64,000 nucleotides of DNA. Origin: a virus. Positions 1 through 10,044 of this stretch are shown in pieces. The notes beneath the pieces were generated by a model that was not told the origin of the DNA, ran no database searches, and worked only from the letters and a program-made list of their open reading frames with translations. Each line of letters starts with the position of its first letter. Positions within the stretch are counted from its first letter, which is position 1. Both the position numbers and the translations under genes were made by a program. The DNA lies in the IMG/VR virus record IMGVR_UViG_3300025574_000001, positions 7,328-71,327 of that record; one strand, written 5' to 3'.

Positions 1-1
1 A

Positions 2-184
2 AAGAAACTAGGTGCTGCGAAATTTTGGACTCAGATTGCCGCGCTTAATGGTAACATCCGTGATCCTAAGTCAATCAAGGTGGGTCAAGTATTACGCTTA
101 CCTAAAGATGCTACTGTTAAGAAAGATCTTAATGAAGTTCTTATTCATGGTCCTGTTGGTGGACCTATCCCGGGATTGTTCTAA
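2..184 (+). CDS. LysM-domain tail/baseplate protein (5' truncated)
   Basis: Frame 2 reads KKLGAAKFWTQIAALNGNIRDPKSIKVGQVLRLP, a LysM pattern. Its stop overlaps the next ATG (TAATG). Confidence 0.75.
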   Translation, partial: KKLGAAKFWTQIAALNGNIRDPKSIKVGQVLRLPKDATVKKDLNEVLIHGPVGGPIPGLF

Positions 185-1683
185 TGTCACTTATTACCGC
201 ACCACCATCGATTCTTGGAAGTACAGTCCCACATCCTGGACTTGCACCTACATCCATTAACACATTATTGGTCAATGGGTCTGATGGATGGAAGACGAAT
301 ATCGCGGACGCGGCAACTGGCATCTCCATTGCATTTAATATCGATGGCACACCCAACGTCATCGTGCAGACAGAAGATCCACAACGATTTTTACTTCGTT
401 CAAAAATGGGTATCGTTCGTTCGTACCTTATGATTGATGGCGTCACGTTCGTGATGGCTGAGATCGACAAGGCAGGTCCACAGATCACATTGACGTTTGA
501 ACACGCGGTATGTTCGAAGTTGAAGGATCGCACAGACACGTTGTCGGTGCGTGCGAATACTATGTCACGAACTTCATTCGTCGCAAAACTTGTAGCGATG
601 GAGGGATGGATTCAGTTATTAATGCCGGGCGGTCCTGAACTTCAAAACTCAATTGCACAACTCTCTACAGGTAACGTCGATTCATCCACGGGTGGCGCAC
701 TCCCACTCCCATACAGCACTACCTTTCAACAAAAAGAAACGTTCTGGGATTCGACTGGCACCGTCCTTTCAACAATCGGGTGGCGTAGATTTCCTCGAGG
801 TGCAAACCAACTTATTGTCGCATCCGACCAGTGGCTCTATAATCAGACACCCATTGCAACGATTGATGAAGACACACCCGGCGTCGATAGCATTGATTTC
901 AACTATGACATACGCAAACCACTGGGTCAAGTGACAGTGACGTGTCGTGCGTCGGCATGGGCGTTCCCGGTGGGTTCCGTCATTGCGTTCTCTGCCAAGA
1001 TGGGAATCATTGGCATACAGTCAAGTGTGCAACCACGACAAACAATCGGTGGACAGTTACCGGCTATCCCGGGTCATTGGCTTGTCACAAACATTGCACG
1101 AACATTAACATCTGCATCTTGCACCATCACACTTGATAATCCACTCTTAACACTGACTGAACCACAGACACAACCGCCGACTAGTCCTGTGAATGAAGTG
1201 ATTGCCGGACTTAGTCCTAGCACTGTTGCAGAACTCTCACTTCCTAATGGCGCACAGACAGGTAAGGGTGCAACACAAAAGATTACGCAGTTCGTTAAGT
1301 TTGCTGAATCAAAAGTTGGTGGTCCATACGTGTGGGGCGGTTCAGGGCCGAAGGGTTATGATTGCAGTGGTCTTGTGCAAGGTGCTGCGGCAACTATTGG
1401 TGTAAGTCTTGAACACAACTCAGTCGCAATCTATAATCAGTGTATGGCGGCAAAAACGACATGCACGACGGAGACGGCAATGAAAACATACGGCGCACTC
1501 CTCTTCATTCAACCCGGGACGAATGGTGAACCATCAGCATCCGCGGGTGGTGGACACATTGCGATTTCATTGGGTAACGGTTCGACAGTTGAGGCCACAG
1601 GAATTGCGGAAGGCATCTGCTACAACACACACATCACTGGTGAATTCAATCAAGGCGCACTACTGCCGGGAATCGCGTACTGA
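184..1683 (+). CDS. Baseplate hub-like protein with C-terminal NlpC/P60 peptidoglycan hydrolase
   Basis: C-terminus has PYVWGG..GYDCSGLV (catalytic Cys) and GHIAISLG (His). It lies between the LysM and gp25 genes. Confidence 0.8.
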   Translation: MSLITAPPSILGSTVPHPGLAPTSINTLLVNGSDGWKTNIADAATGISIAFNIDGTPNVIVQTEDPQRFLLRSKMGIVRSYLMIDGVTFVMAEIDKAGPQITLTFEHAVCSKLKDRTDTLSVRANTMSRTSFVAKLVAMEGWIQLLMPGGPELQNSIAQLSTGNVDSSTGGALPLPYSTTFQQKETFWDSTGTVLSTIGWRRFPRGANQLIVASDQWLYNQTPIATIDEDTPGVDSIDFNYDIRKPLGQVTVTCRASAWAFPVGSVIAFSAKMGIIGIQSSVQPRQTIGGQLPAIPGHWLVTNIARTLTSASCTITLDNPLLTLTEPQTQPPTSPVNEVIAGLSPSTVAELSLPNGAQTGKGATQKITQFVKFAESKVGGPYVWGGSGPKGYDCSGLVQGAAATIGVSLEHNSVAIYNQCMAAKTTCTTETAMKTYGALLFIQPGTNGEPSASAGGGHIAISLGNGSTVEATGIAEGICYNTHITGEFNQGALLPGIAY

Positions 1684-2042
1684 TGAAACCACATGAATCC
1701 GCTACCCTTGGACACGTACTGTTCGGGACACGAGCGACAGAAGATGATGAACACATTGGCGCTCGATTTGAAGAGTGCGCATTTCATCACATCGATGTTG
1801 ATGGAATCTACTTCACACGGCCGATGTATGACAACAAGAAGACAGTCTATGGACCTGCACCATACACGTGGCCGATTGTTGATGTGACAGGTGCAACGGC
1901 AGTGAGTACTTTCGGAACGCACACGCACGTGATACCTATTCCAACACCAGCACCAACAACAGGTGATCGTCTTTTGGTCGCGTGGGTGACAACAATCGTA
2001 GGTGGGTTCCGTCCCTGGGTGATAGGTTGGTCAACATCATGA
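1683..2042 (+). CDS. Putative baseplate/spike protein
   Basis: 119 aa ORF coupled by overlaps between the hub and the gp25-like gene. Assigned by position only. Confidence 0.5.
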   Translation: MKPHESATLGHVLFGTRATEDDEHIGARFEECAFHHIDVDGIYFTRPMYDNKKTVYGPAPYTWPIVDVTGATAVSTFGTHTHVIPIPTPAPTTGDRLLVAWVTTIVGGFRPWVIGWSTS

Positions 2043-2359
2043 CAGTTATGGTTCCTCACTTCACATTTCCGTTCGCGGTTGATGGTGCATCGTTTGGTGT
2101 TCGTGAACAAGATTCAACTGGAGAGATTCAGGATTGTGTTGAGGTCTTGTTACTTACACCAATAGATTCGCGTATGGTGTTGCCCGATTACGGGACACCT
2201 GAACTTCTCTTTTCAGAACTACCCGCAAACATTCCGGCCATTCTTGCGAATTGCAACAAGTGGGAACCTCGTGCCGGGTTGACACTTACTGAAACACTTA
2301 ACGCGATTGACGAAAAAATTGTGAGCGTGCAAGTGCAGATAATCGGAGGCACATCATGA
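2039..2359 (+). CDS. Baseplate wedge protein, gp25/GPW-like
   Basis: PHFTFPF...EIQDCVEVLLLTPIDSRMVLPDYG...KWEPRA pattern. ATGA overlap, directly before baseplate J. Confidence 0.8.
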   Translation: MTVMVPHFTFPFAVDGASFGVREQDSTGEIQDCVEVLLLTPIDSRMVLPDYGTPELLFSELPANIPAILANCNKWEPRAGLTLTETLNAIDEKIVSVQVQIIGGTS

Positions 2360-3705
2360 CGATGGGTTACATCGGCGTTCCCACAGTGACAGATCCTGAT
2401 GTTATTTCTGAAGCAGCACTGAACTACTTGATGACTAATATCCCTGGCTTTTCACCAAGTGACGGTAACTTGGAAGTGTGGATGATCATGGCACTCGCAC
2501 AGATGCTGTCAACGTCACGTGACGTCGCGTCCATCGTGCCAGATGAAATCTTTGAGTATTTCGGCACCACAGTGATGAACCTCCCACCCATCGCTGCGGC
2601 ACCTTCCGCAGTCAATGCAACGATTACGGTGCAGGACAACGCGGGCTATGATATCCCAGCGGGAACACAGTTCGCGTTTCAAGTAACGGGAACGCAGTTC
2701 GCACTCTTCACAACGCTGAATGATACGGTCATTCTTCCAGGATTCAATACTGCAACGAACGTAAATCTTGTTGCGGAGGTTGCTGGTTCCGCGTCTAACG
2801 GCCTGACTGGCGCAATGGTTACGATTGACCCGCTCGCGTTTATTACCGGCATTCTGGCCACTACAACGTCGGCTGGTGGTGTAGATGCTGAAGATATCGG
2901 CACTTACTTATCACGATTAGTTTCTGATCTTCAACTTCTTGCACCACGACCCATTCTTCCTGGTGACTTTGCTGTTCTTGCACGCTCACTCGCTGGCGTG
3001 TATCGTGCACTAGGTGTGGATGGCTACAACCCAGGGCGTGTGTTCACTGATGGTATAACGAATGCCACTAACATACTTAACTCACCGGCACTGGCTAACT
3101 TCACATCGGCTGATGTGGGTCGTGGTATCTCCGGTGGAACAATACCTGGTGGAACAACAATTCTTAGTTTCACTGGACCAACACAGTGCACAATGTCGGC
3201 AGCGGCAACGGGATCAGCGTCAGGTGTAACGATCACTCTTGCTGCACTGACGGGACAAGAACGAACAGTTGGTGTCTCTGCAATTGATAGTTCGGGTGTG
3301 GTTGTGAGTCCTACGATTCAAGCCTTACTCATCGCATACTTAACTTCACTACGTGAAATAAATTTCGTGGTGACGTTTGTTCAGCCAACTGTGACAACAA
3401 TCAATGTGGTCTTTGCTATTCACTGCAATGTAGGTGCGAATTCAACTGTGGTCATAGCGTCAGTCACGGCCGCACTTGAAAATTATCTGTCACAAGCAGC
3501 GTGGGGTGGTGGCAACAATAATCCGCCATCATGGGATCCTACTGCAAGTGTGGTTCGTTATTTGTCTGTGGCAGGTATCATTGAAGAAGTACCGGGTGTG
3601 AACTACTTGTCATCACTTACGCTTAATGGTTCCGCTGCTGATGTCGCAATAGGTGGTGTTGCACCTCTTGCAAACTACGGCACTGTCACAGGGAGTGCAG
3701 TCTGA
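2356..3705 (+). CDS. Baseplate J-like protein
   Basis: IPAGTQF, AEVAGSASNG, GGVDAEDIGTYLSR and IEEVPGV motifs typical of Baseplate_J. 449 aa. Confidence 0.85.
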   Translation: MTMGYIGVPTVTDPDVISEAALNYLMTNIPGFSPSDGNLEVWMIMALAQMLSTSRDVASIVPDEIFEYFGTTVMNLPPIAAAPSAVNATITVQDNAGYDIPAGTQFAFQVTGTQFALFTTLNDTVILPGFNTATNVNLVAEVAGSASNGLTGAMVTIDPLAFITGILATTTSAGGVDAEDIGTYLSRLVSDLQLLAPRPILPGDFAVLARSLAGVYRALGVDGYNPGRVFTDGITNATNILNSPALANFTSADVGRGISGGTIPGGTTILSFTGPTQCTMSAAATGSASGVTITLAALTGQERTVGVSAIDSSGVVVSPTIQALLIAYLTSLREINFVVTFVQPTVTTINVVFAIHCNVGANSTVVIASVTAALENYLSQAAWGGGNNNPPSWDPTASVVRYLSVAGIIEEVPGVNYLSSLTLNGSAADVAIGGVAPLANYGTVTGSAV

Positions 3706-3723
3706 TGAAACAGGAGATCGAAC

Positions 3724-5703
3724 ATGCCATCTAATTATCCCACATCTATCGACACATTCGTAGATCCCACGGATGTAGACACGATGATTGCGATTGACCA
3801 CGCCAGTGAACACACGAACGCCAATGACGCCATTAGTGCAATTGAGAATTTTCTTGGTACTTCTGGTTCGCCAAACTTTGCGAAGAACGCTAGCCCAACG
3901 CTGACCGGAACACCTCATGCACCAACGAACGCGACGGCGACAGATTCTTCAACACAGATAGCAACCGACGCATTTGTTCAGGCAGCCATCGCGGCAGCGG
4001 GTGGTGGTGGAGGTGGTGGAGGTGCGCCACTTGTTAGTCCTGCGTTTACTGGCACACCCACAGCACCAACACAATCACCACTAACCAATAACACTGATCT
4101 CGCCACGACACAGTACACAGACTTAGCAGTGGGAGTGGAAACGACTGCACGCACAGCGGCTGATGCACTTCATGCACTTATCGCTAGTCCAACATTCACG
4201 GGTACGCCACACGCACCTACGAATGGAACAGCGACAGATGCCACAACTCAAATCGCAACTGATGCATTCGTGCAAGCAGCAATTGCAGCGGCAGGTGCCG
4301 GCACTGGAATGTCATCTCTTACAGGTGATGTGACAGGCTCTGGGTCAGGTGCAGTTGCCACTACACTTGTAGCCACAACGAACTCTAAGAAAGTTATTTA
4401 TGGTCTCCTCCCGCAGTTCTATGCGGGCAACCCACTCTATGCAACCGCAGGTTCAATCGGTACGGGCAGTGCAACGAATGACACCACGGCTATGACGAAC
4501 TGTGCAGCGGCAATGATCGCGGCGGGTGGCGGTATTATGTTGTGGCCGGCGGGAACATTCAAGATTAACACCTGGCCTACATTTCCTTCGAACTCTACTT
4601 ATCTTCCATACGCAATCAATGGTGTGGGAAAGAAACTCACCATCTTTCAAAACTACGCAACATCACTTGCTACATCACTCACAATCACTGCTCCCGGTGC
4701 ATTTGTTACCAGTGGTCCTGCTTGGCGAGGCTGGACTATCGATGGTACGAATGCAACATCAACTGCCGTTGGCATTCACTGGTGTGACGTTAGCGACATT
4801 CTTTGGGAAGATGTTGAAATTAGTAACCACACTCTCACGGACAACTGGTATTGGCACAACGTTCTGGGGTGGTGCGAGGACATGATCTTCGTTGGTGTCA
4901 CTAGTTCTAACGCAAAGAACATCATGCACTTTGCTGTTGGTTCCGCGGGGTACTCATCATTCGACTACTGGGTGATGGCAGAGTTTTATACAAACCTCAA
5001 TGCAAACCAAAGTTTCATCACCGAAGAAGCGTCACTCAATACTGGCGGCACAAACCCACTGCAAACTTTGCACGAAGGTTGTCACATCCGCGCTGTGATC
5101 AATGCGCAGACGGGTGGCACTAATACTGGAGTACTCTTGAACTTCAAGGGATGGAGTGCGTGGACCAATACGCACTTCGATATTCATGCTGAAGTTGACG
5201 GTAGTGGTGTGTGTCACCAGTCACTCAATTTTGCCAACAACAACGCAACATTCCAAGGTAGTGGTGTGTTCACATTACTTGGGTCATTCACATCACCAAC
5301 ATTTTCCGGTGGCGTGTATCAAGCAGAGATGAGTGGAAGACTCTTAATCCCTGGTCTCTTTGGTTTTGCGGGTGGTGCCATCACTGTGTCAGGTTCAGCG
5401 GGTGGTTCGGCAACTGTTGTCTCGAACCAACCAACACCGCCAACATTGGTATCGGGAACACCATGGACCAACAACACAGGCTGTGACGTAACGCTTTATG
5501 TTCCGTACACACTGACCGCAACATCAGCCACACTTAAGTTAGCACAACAGTCATACACCATTAGTGCGGCGGGTGCCACAGTGGTCACGTCACCCGTTGC
5601 TTCAATGGCTGGTGTGCTGACGTTGCGTGTAAACAGCAATGAACGAATTCGTATCGATGTATCTACCGGCACCATTGGTACTGTGCAAGCGTTCTGGGGA
5701 TAA
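3724..5703 (+). CDS. Tail fibre/spike protein
   Basis: Three SP(T/A)(L/F)TGTP.APT...T.(I/L)AT repeats, then a NDTTAMTNC...GGGIMLWPAGTFKIN beta-helix-like region. Confidence 0.75.
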   Translation: MPSNYPTSIDTFVDPTDVDTMIAIDHASEHTNANDAISAIENFLGTSGSPNFAKNASPTLTGTPHAPTNATATDSSTQIATDAFVQAAIAAAGGGGGGGGAPLVSPAFTGTPTAPTQSPLTNNTDLATTQYTDLAVGVETTARTAADALHALIASPTFTGTPHAPTNGTATDATTQIATDAFVQAAIAAAGAGTGMSSLTGDVTGSGSGAVATTLVATTNSKKVIYGLLPQFYAGNPLYATAGSIGTGSATNDTTAMTNCAAAMIAAGGGIMLWPAGTFKINTWPTFPSNSTYLPYAINGVGKKLTIFQNYATSLATSLTITAPGAFVTSGPAWRGWTIDGTNATSTAVGIHWCDVSDILWEDVEISNHTLTDNWYWHNVLGWCEDMIFVGVTSSNAKNIMHFAVGSAGYSSFDYWVMAEFYTNLNANQSFITEEASLNTGGTNPLQTLHEGCHIRAVINAQTGGTNTGVLLNFKGWSAWTNTHFDIHAEVDGSGVCHQSLNFANNNATFQGSGVFTLLGSFTSPTFSGGVYQAEMSGRLLIPGLFGFAGGAITVSGSAGGSATVVSNQPTPPTLVSGTPWTNNTGCDVTLYVPYTLTATSATLKLAQQSYTISAAGATVVTSPVASMAGVLTLRVNSNERIRIDVSTGTIGTVQAFWG

Positions 5704-5706
5704 TGA

Positions 5707-6432
5707 ATGTCACTCTACGTTAGAGACTCTGAATATGACTCAACTGATTCATATGTCGGCGTACCTAGTCCAACGACGCCAACCGCAACACCTGATTCCG
5801 TTTCAGAGACGACACTTGACTGGTGGAATCAATTAGGACCGTGGCGTGATGCTGATGAAGCGTCAGGTCTTGCAGGAAATGGATATCCACTTCTTACGTT
5901 TCTTGATGCAATTGGTTTACAGTTTGACGTCACAGAACAGTACACACGTGATGATGCGACACATATCGGTTGGGGACAACTACTTGATGTGAATGTGTGC
6001 CCAGGGTTTGCACTTCCTTGGCTTGCACAACTAGCAGGTGTTGTGATTCCAGTTGGTACATCAGACGCGGCAGCACGACTACTTATCACGACACAAGCGA
6101 ACGCGAAGCGTGGAACACCCGCAACACTTATCGCTGTGTTGCAAGCATTCTTGACTGGCACACAGTCAGTCATACTACTTGAACGAACTCCTGACCCATA
6201 CAGTTTTATGATCATGTGTCAAGCGTCACAGATTCCAGGAGGTGCAGGTGGTGCCACAGCAGCCGCCGCACTTGTTGCATTGATAGCAGCAAAACCCGCT
6301 GGCCTAGTAATGTCGTTTCTAGTACAGGCAGGATTGGATTGGGCGCAGATGGCGGGTTACCCAGTGTTAGCAGGACGATGGGCAGACCAGACGGATACGT
6401 GGGCATCACTCTCTAATGAAATCCCGGTGTAA
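5707..6432 (+). CDS. Baseplate/tail protein (P2 gpI-like)
   Basis: CPGFALPWLAQLAGV...KRGTPATL resembles gpI-like wedge proteins. Located in the tail module. Confidence 0.65.
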   Translation: MSLYVRDSEYDSTDSYVGVPSPTTPTATPDSVSETTLDWWNQLGPWRDADEASGLAGNGYPLLTFLDAIGLQFDVTEQYTRDDATHIGWGQLLDVNVCPGFALPWLAQLAGVVIPVGTSDAAARLLITTQANAKRGTPATLIAVLQAFLTGTQSVILLERTPDPYSFMIMCQASQIPGGAGGATAAAALVALIAAKPAGLVMSFLVQAGLDWAQMAGYPVLAGRWADQTDTWASLSNEIPV

Positions 6433-6435
6433 GAC

Positions 6436-7347
6436 ATGACAACGACAACAAGCAAAGGCTATCAATACCCAACGATTGTTGGTGGGTCTTCTACTGATAC
6501 CGTCACTTCATATCCTCCTAGTGCAGCAGCGAACGCACTCTTACATGAAGCACGTCCGGGAGTATCATCTGTCACAACCACTGTGCGTAATGCGTACACA
6601 GGCATTGACCTCTGGGATGGTCGCATCATCTGGAACACCACCACGTTGCGATTGGAAAAATACGACCTAGGAACCACATCTTGGATTCCTGCAGCGGCGG
6701 GTGCGTCACCAGCCACAACGGTTGCCGGTCCTGCAGCGTTTGGTGATGCAACGATTCTTGGCACATCACTGCTCTATGCGCGTCAAGATCACAACCACGG
6801 ACTCCCCGCAACGACAGGACTTGCAACGACTGCCGCATTAACGACTGAGACAACACGCGCTACAACGGCAGAGACTGCGGTTAATGTTGCTGTGGGTAAT
6901 GAAGCAACGACACGTGCAATAGCGGATGCACTCTTACTTCCGAAATTGAATGGCATCCTAACATCTGCGTTTGAGTCTGTGTATGTCACTGGTTCTGCAC
7001 CCACATATGGGGGTGAGATTGACATCACGACTAACAGTTCGCTTCTTTTCTTTACCGCGGCTGCATCGACTAATTTCTTACCTAATTTTAGAAGTACACC
7101 TACCGTTACGTTGAATGCACTTATGGCAGTAAATACATCAATCACTGTCACAATGTTGGTGACGCAGGGTGCCACTCCTTATTTCTGTTCAACTTGCGAT
7201 ATTGACGGCGCTTCACAAACAGTTCACTGGCAAGGTGGCATTGCACCAACCGCCGGATTTGCGTCTGGCATTGATGCATACACATTCACAATCATCAAAA
7301 CCGCCAGCGCGACATTCACAGTCCTAGCGAGCCTCACACAGTTCTAA
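6436..7347 (+). CDS. Tail fibre-associated protein
   Basis: Contains YARQDHNHGLP and the C-terminal VHWQGGIAPT..GIDAYTFTIIKT..FTVLASLTQF motif seen at phage fibre ends. Confidence 0.65.
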   Translation: MTTTTSKGYQYPTIVGGSSTDTVTSYPPSAAANALLHEARPGVSSVTTTVRNAYTGIDLWDGRIIWNTTTLRLEKYDLGTTSWIPAAAGASPATTVAGPAAFGDATILGTSLLYARQDHNHGLPATTGLATTAALTTETTRATTAETAVNVAVGNEATTRAIADALLLPKLNGILTSAFESVYVTGSAPTYGGEIDITTNSSLLFFTAAASTNFLPNFRSTPTVTLNALMAVNTSITVTMLVTQGATPYFCSTCDIDGASQTVHWQGGIAPTAGFASGIDAYTFTIIKTASATFTVLASLTQF

Positions 7348-8306
7348 TGCCACCACTCCTTCAAACCGCAGCCAATGCAGCAGCACGAGCATTCGGATTC
7401 ATGAGAAATTCGCTTTCTCGAATCTATGATTCATTCGCACGTGTGACCTCTGGTTCACTGGGCACGACAACAAGTGGGTCAATCTGGAATGCAATCACGG
7501 GTGTATGGAATGCTGCAAGTGGTGTGGCGACAACTGCAACATCACCATCATCATATCCGTCGGCAACTATTCCTGTTGCTGTGAATGCATCAGCATCAGT
7601 TGTAAGTCCAAGTCCCGGTGCTGGCGTCATGCTTTGGGAAGCAGGCTCCGGTGACTGGTGGGGTGCAACATCATACGTTTCAGAAGCAAGTGTGAACACA
7701 TACAACTGTGTATCAAATTCTTGTTGCACAACATACAGCACGTGTGCAAGCAATGGGTGTTGCACTACAGCAAACTATTCACAATCATACGCAACACCTG
7801 CCACATGCCCAGGAACATACACGGCTCCAGGAAATACGATTGCGTGTGCGTTCTCATCGCAGATAAGTGGAGGTGGACTTCTTACTTGTTACTACAACGG
7901 ATGTTGTGTTAATAATGGATGTTGCACAGGAAGCCCAACGGGTGGATGTAATTCAAACTCTTGTTGTTCTACAACACTTGCGTACACCACATATACGTGG
8001 AGTCATTTTGTACAGATTTTGAAATCAGTTGCGAGTGTCATCTCATCTGTTGGTATGTCGGCACTCTTAGGAACGAACTCAAATACATCGGGCACATACC
8101 CAGGGAGTGTTGTGAACTCACTTATGGTGACAACACTCGGCACAACCATTGAAGCGTTCGCGTATAGTGACACCGGATTTGCGACATTGCTTGGCACACT
8201 CTCTGAAACGAATGGAGTGACGCCGACAGGAATCGGTGTTGGCATTTTGCTTGCACCCAGTCCTGCCGCACAAGGCAGTACAGTTGGTCCGTTCACAGCA
8301 ACGTAA
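7347..8306 (+). CDS. Cys-rich tail-associated protein
   Basis: 319 aa with five CxxN(G/S)CC motifs in the middle. TAATG coupling to the upstream fibre gene. Confidence 0.6.
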   Translation: MPPLLQTAANAAARAFGFMRNSLSRIYDSFARVTSGSLGTTTSGSIWNAITGVWNAASGVATTATSPSSYPSATIPVAVNASASVVSPSPGAGVMLWEAGSGDWWGATSYVSEASVNTYNCVSNSCCTTYSTCASNGCCTTANYSQSYATPATCPGTYTAPGNTIACAFSSQISGGGLLTCYYNGCCVNNGCCTGSPTGGCNSNSCCSTTLAYTTYTWSHFVQILKSVASVISSVGMSALLGTNSNTSGTYPGSVVNSLMVTTLGTTIEAFAYSDTGFATLLGTLSETNGVTPTGIGVGILLAPSPAAQGSTVGPFTAT

Positions 8307-8320
8307 GAGGAGACGAAAAG

Positions 8321-8605
8321 ATGCCCGATGAAATCGTAAAAGGTCCACCAGTATTTGTTATGCCAAAGGAACCACCACCACACGAGATCGGGTTTGTGAT
8401 TGATGGTGTCGTGCGGCAAACTATTTTTGTCAGTGATTATTTTGCCGCGATTCTTTTGAGCAATCCCGTCATCATCAATGTAACGGATGCAAAGGCAATA
8501 CCAATTCACACCCTTTGGGATGGTGAAAAGTTAATGACTGATGAAGGTGATGAATTGATTGTGAAGCCGAAGTCTCCGTTTGACAAGCAGCCGACACATG
8601 AGTGA
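8321..8605 (+). CDS. Hypothetical protein (possible tail assembly chaperone)
   Basis: 94 aa ORF with RBS GAGGAG upstream. Assigned by position only. Confidence 0.5.
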   Translation: MPDEIVKGPPVFVMPKEPPPHEIGFVIDGVVRQTIFVSDYFAAILLSNPVIINVTDAKAIPIHTLWDGEKLMTDEGDELIVKPKSPFDKQPTHE

Positions 8606-8891
8606 TGAGACACCGGCTCGATTTATTGACATGTTCGATAAGCAAAAGCGACTTGAGGCAGAACTGGGTAAGCCAGTCGCGGTAGAAATCGCAAGTGAAC
8701 GGTTGGCAATCTGTAAAGCGTGTCCACACTTTCGTAAGTTCACACAGCAGTGTAAGATATGTAACTGTCATATGCCGTGGAAAGTTACGTTGGCACAAGC
8801 GACGTGCGCGTTACCCGACCCAAAATTTCCGGGCGAGGAACGTAAATGGGATGTTGCAATTAAACCTGAAAGTGATGAGGAGATACAATGA
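8598..8891 (+). CDS. Cys-cluster protein, DUF6171-like
   Basis: RLAICKACPHF...QCKICNCHMPWKVTLAQATC pattern. Confidence 0.6.
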   Translation: MSDETPARFIDMFDKQKRLEAELGKPVAVEIASERLAICKACPHFRKFTQQCKICNCHMPWKVTLAQATCALPDPKFPGEERKWDVAIKPESDEEIQ

Positions 8892-9499
8892 CGTGGTATT
8901 CAATCTATGATCGAACCAATGCTGGCCTCGAGGCTCTTAAGCATGGTGAGGGGCAAGTCGGCCTTCCGTATATCTGGGGTGGTGAAGAACCAGGTGTCGG
9001 CTTCGACTGTTCGGGACTGACAGAATGGTGTTACCGTTCAGTGGGTCTTTACATTCCTCGCACAACATACGACCAGTACAAGATATGTGAACTCGGCCGT
9101 GGTACTCTACTTCTTCCTGGTGACCTCTTATTCATCAATGAAGGTGAGAACGGAATACCCGGACCTGGTCACGTGATGATGTATCATTCACCTGGTCTTG
9201 TTCTTCAAGCACCCTTCACGGGTGAAAATGTCAACATCGGTCCGTATGACACTGAGGTGTATGTGTTTGCTAGTCGTCCTGCCAATCTTTATGGTGCGGC
9301 AGTCGCGGGACCGACAGGCGCAGTCATTAGGGCGAATGGTCTTGTGCGTCTTAGTACACCTGCACAAGCGTCACTTGCACAAAGGAACAACTGGCAAGTG
9401 CGCGGATGGGATGGTCATGAATTCCCAGTGCTTCCGTTCAATGGGGTTCCTGCAGGTGTGTGTAAGTACGCATCTGCTAATTTTCGCCAGAAGCACTGA
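8888..9499 (+). CDS. NlpC/P60 peptidoglycan endopeptidase
   Basis: LPYIWGG...FDCSGLT...IPRTTYDQ...PGDLLF...GHVMMY...QAP, the complete NlpC/P60 signature. Confidence 0.9.
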   Translation: MTWYSIYDRTNAGLEALKHGEGQVGLPYIWGGEEPGVGFDCSGLTEWCYRSVGLYIPRTTYDQYKICELGRGTLLLPGDLLFINEGENGIPGPGHVMMYHSPGLVLQAPFTGENVNIGPYDTEVYVFASRPANLYGAAVAGPTGAVIRANGLVRLSTPAQASLAQRNNWQVRGWDGHEFPVLPFNGVPAGVCKYASANFRQKH

Positions 9500-9513
9500 A
9501 CTATAATCAGGCT

Positions 9514-9930
9514 ATGACGAAACGACAGAAGTTCACTGTGAAAGATCATGACAGAGCCTTCGTGTTCAACGGTGTCTGCCTAGGTCGTGCAACGTCAGAA
9601 ACCGAAACGAAAAAGCGATGGACGGAAATGGCCATCTATCGAACCGAAGCCGGCACGTACATCATCTCCGGCATTGGTCAGACACGTGTGAAGAAGGGTG
9701 ACACCTTCTGGGATGAGAACCAAAAGTTTATGGTGACGGCAGATGAAGATGAGACACCTCGCGCCTGGGCTCACGTCTGTGAAAGTGCGGAAGGTGCGAT
9801 TCAACGACTGTACCTTTATGATGGTGATGATGTTCGATACATGACGCGTGTTGCACACACCGCCTTGCTTGAGGCTATTGAACTTGATGACATACTGAAG
9901 AGTGCCTTCCTCATCGAGGAGGTGGCCTAA
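9514..9930 (+). CDS. Hypothetical protein
   Basis: 138 aa ORF (RWTEMAIYRTEAGTYII). A TATAAT hexamer lies at 9502-9507 just upstream. Confidence 0.6.
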   Translation: MTKRQKFTVKDHDRAFVFNGVCLGRATSETETKKRWTEMAIYRTEAGTYIISGIGQTRVKKGDTFWDENQKFMVTADEDETPRAWAHVCESAEGAIQRLYLYDGDDVRYMTRVAHTALLEAIELDDILKSAFLIEEVA

Positions 9931-9989
9931 TGAAGAATTGGTGGAAGCGAGTTGTTGCTTGGTGGAAAGAAGTCAAAGCCAATTGGTAA
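9930..9989 (+). CDS. 19-aa Trp-rich micropeptide MKNWWKRVVAWWKEVKANW
   Basis: TAATG coupling and a strong GAGGAGG RBS upstream. Confidence 0.45.
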   Translation: MKNWWKRVVAWWKEVKANW

Positions 9990-10044
9990 GGATTGCGTAA
10001 CATCTGCATTTGTAGTAATTTGATGCAAAGACGAAAGGATATGA

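Noticed and set aside
3724-7347. Diversity-generating retroelement acting on tail fibres
   Set aside because: No reverse transcriptase and no template/variable repeat pair differing at adenines. The repeats are ordinary fibre motifs.
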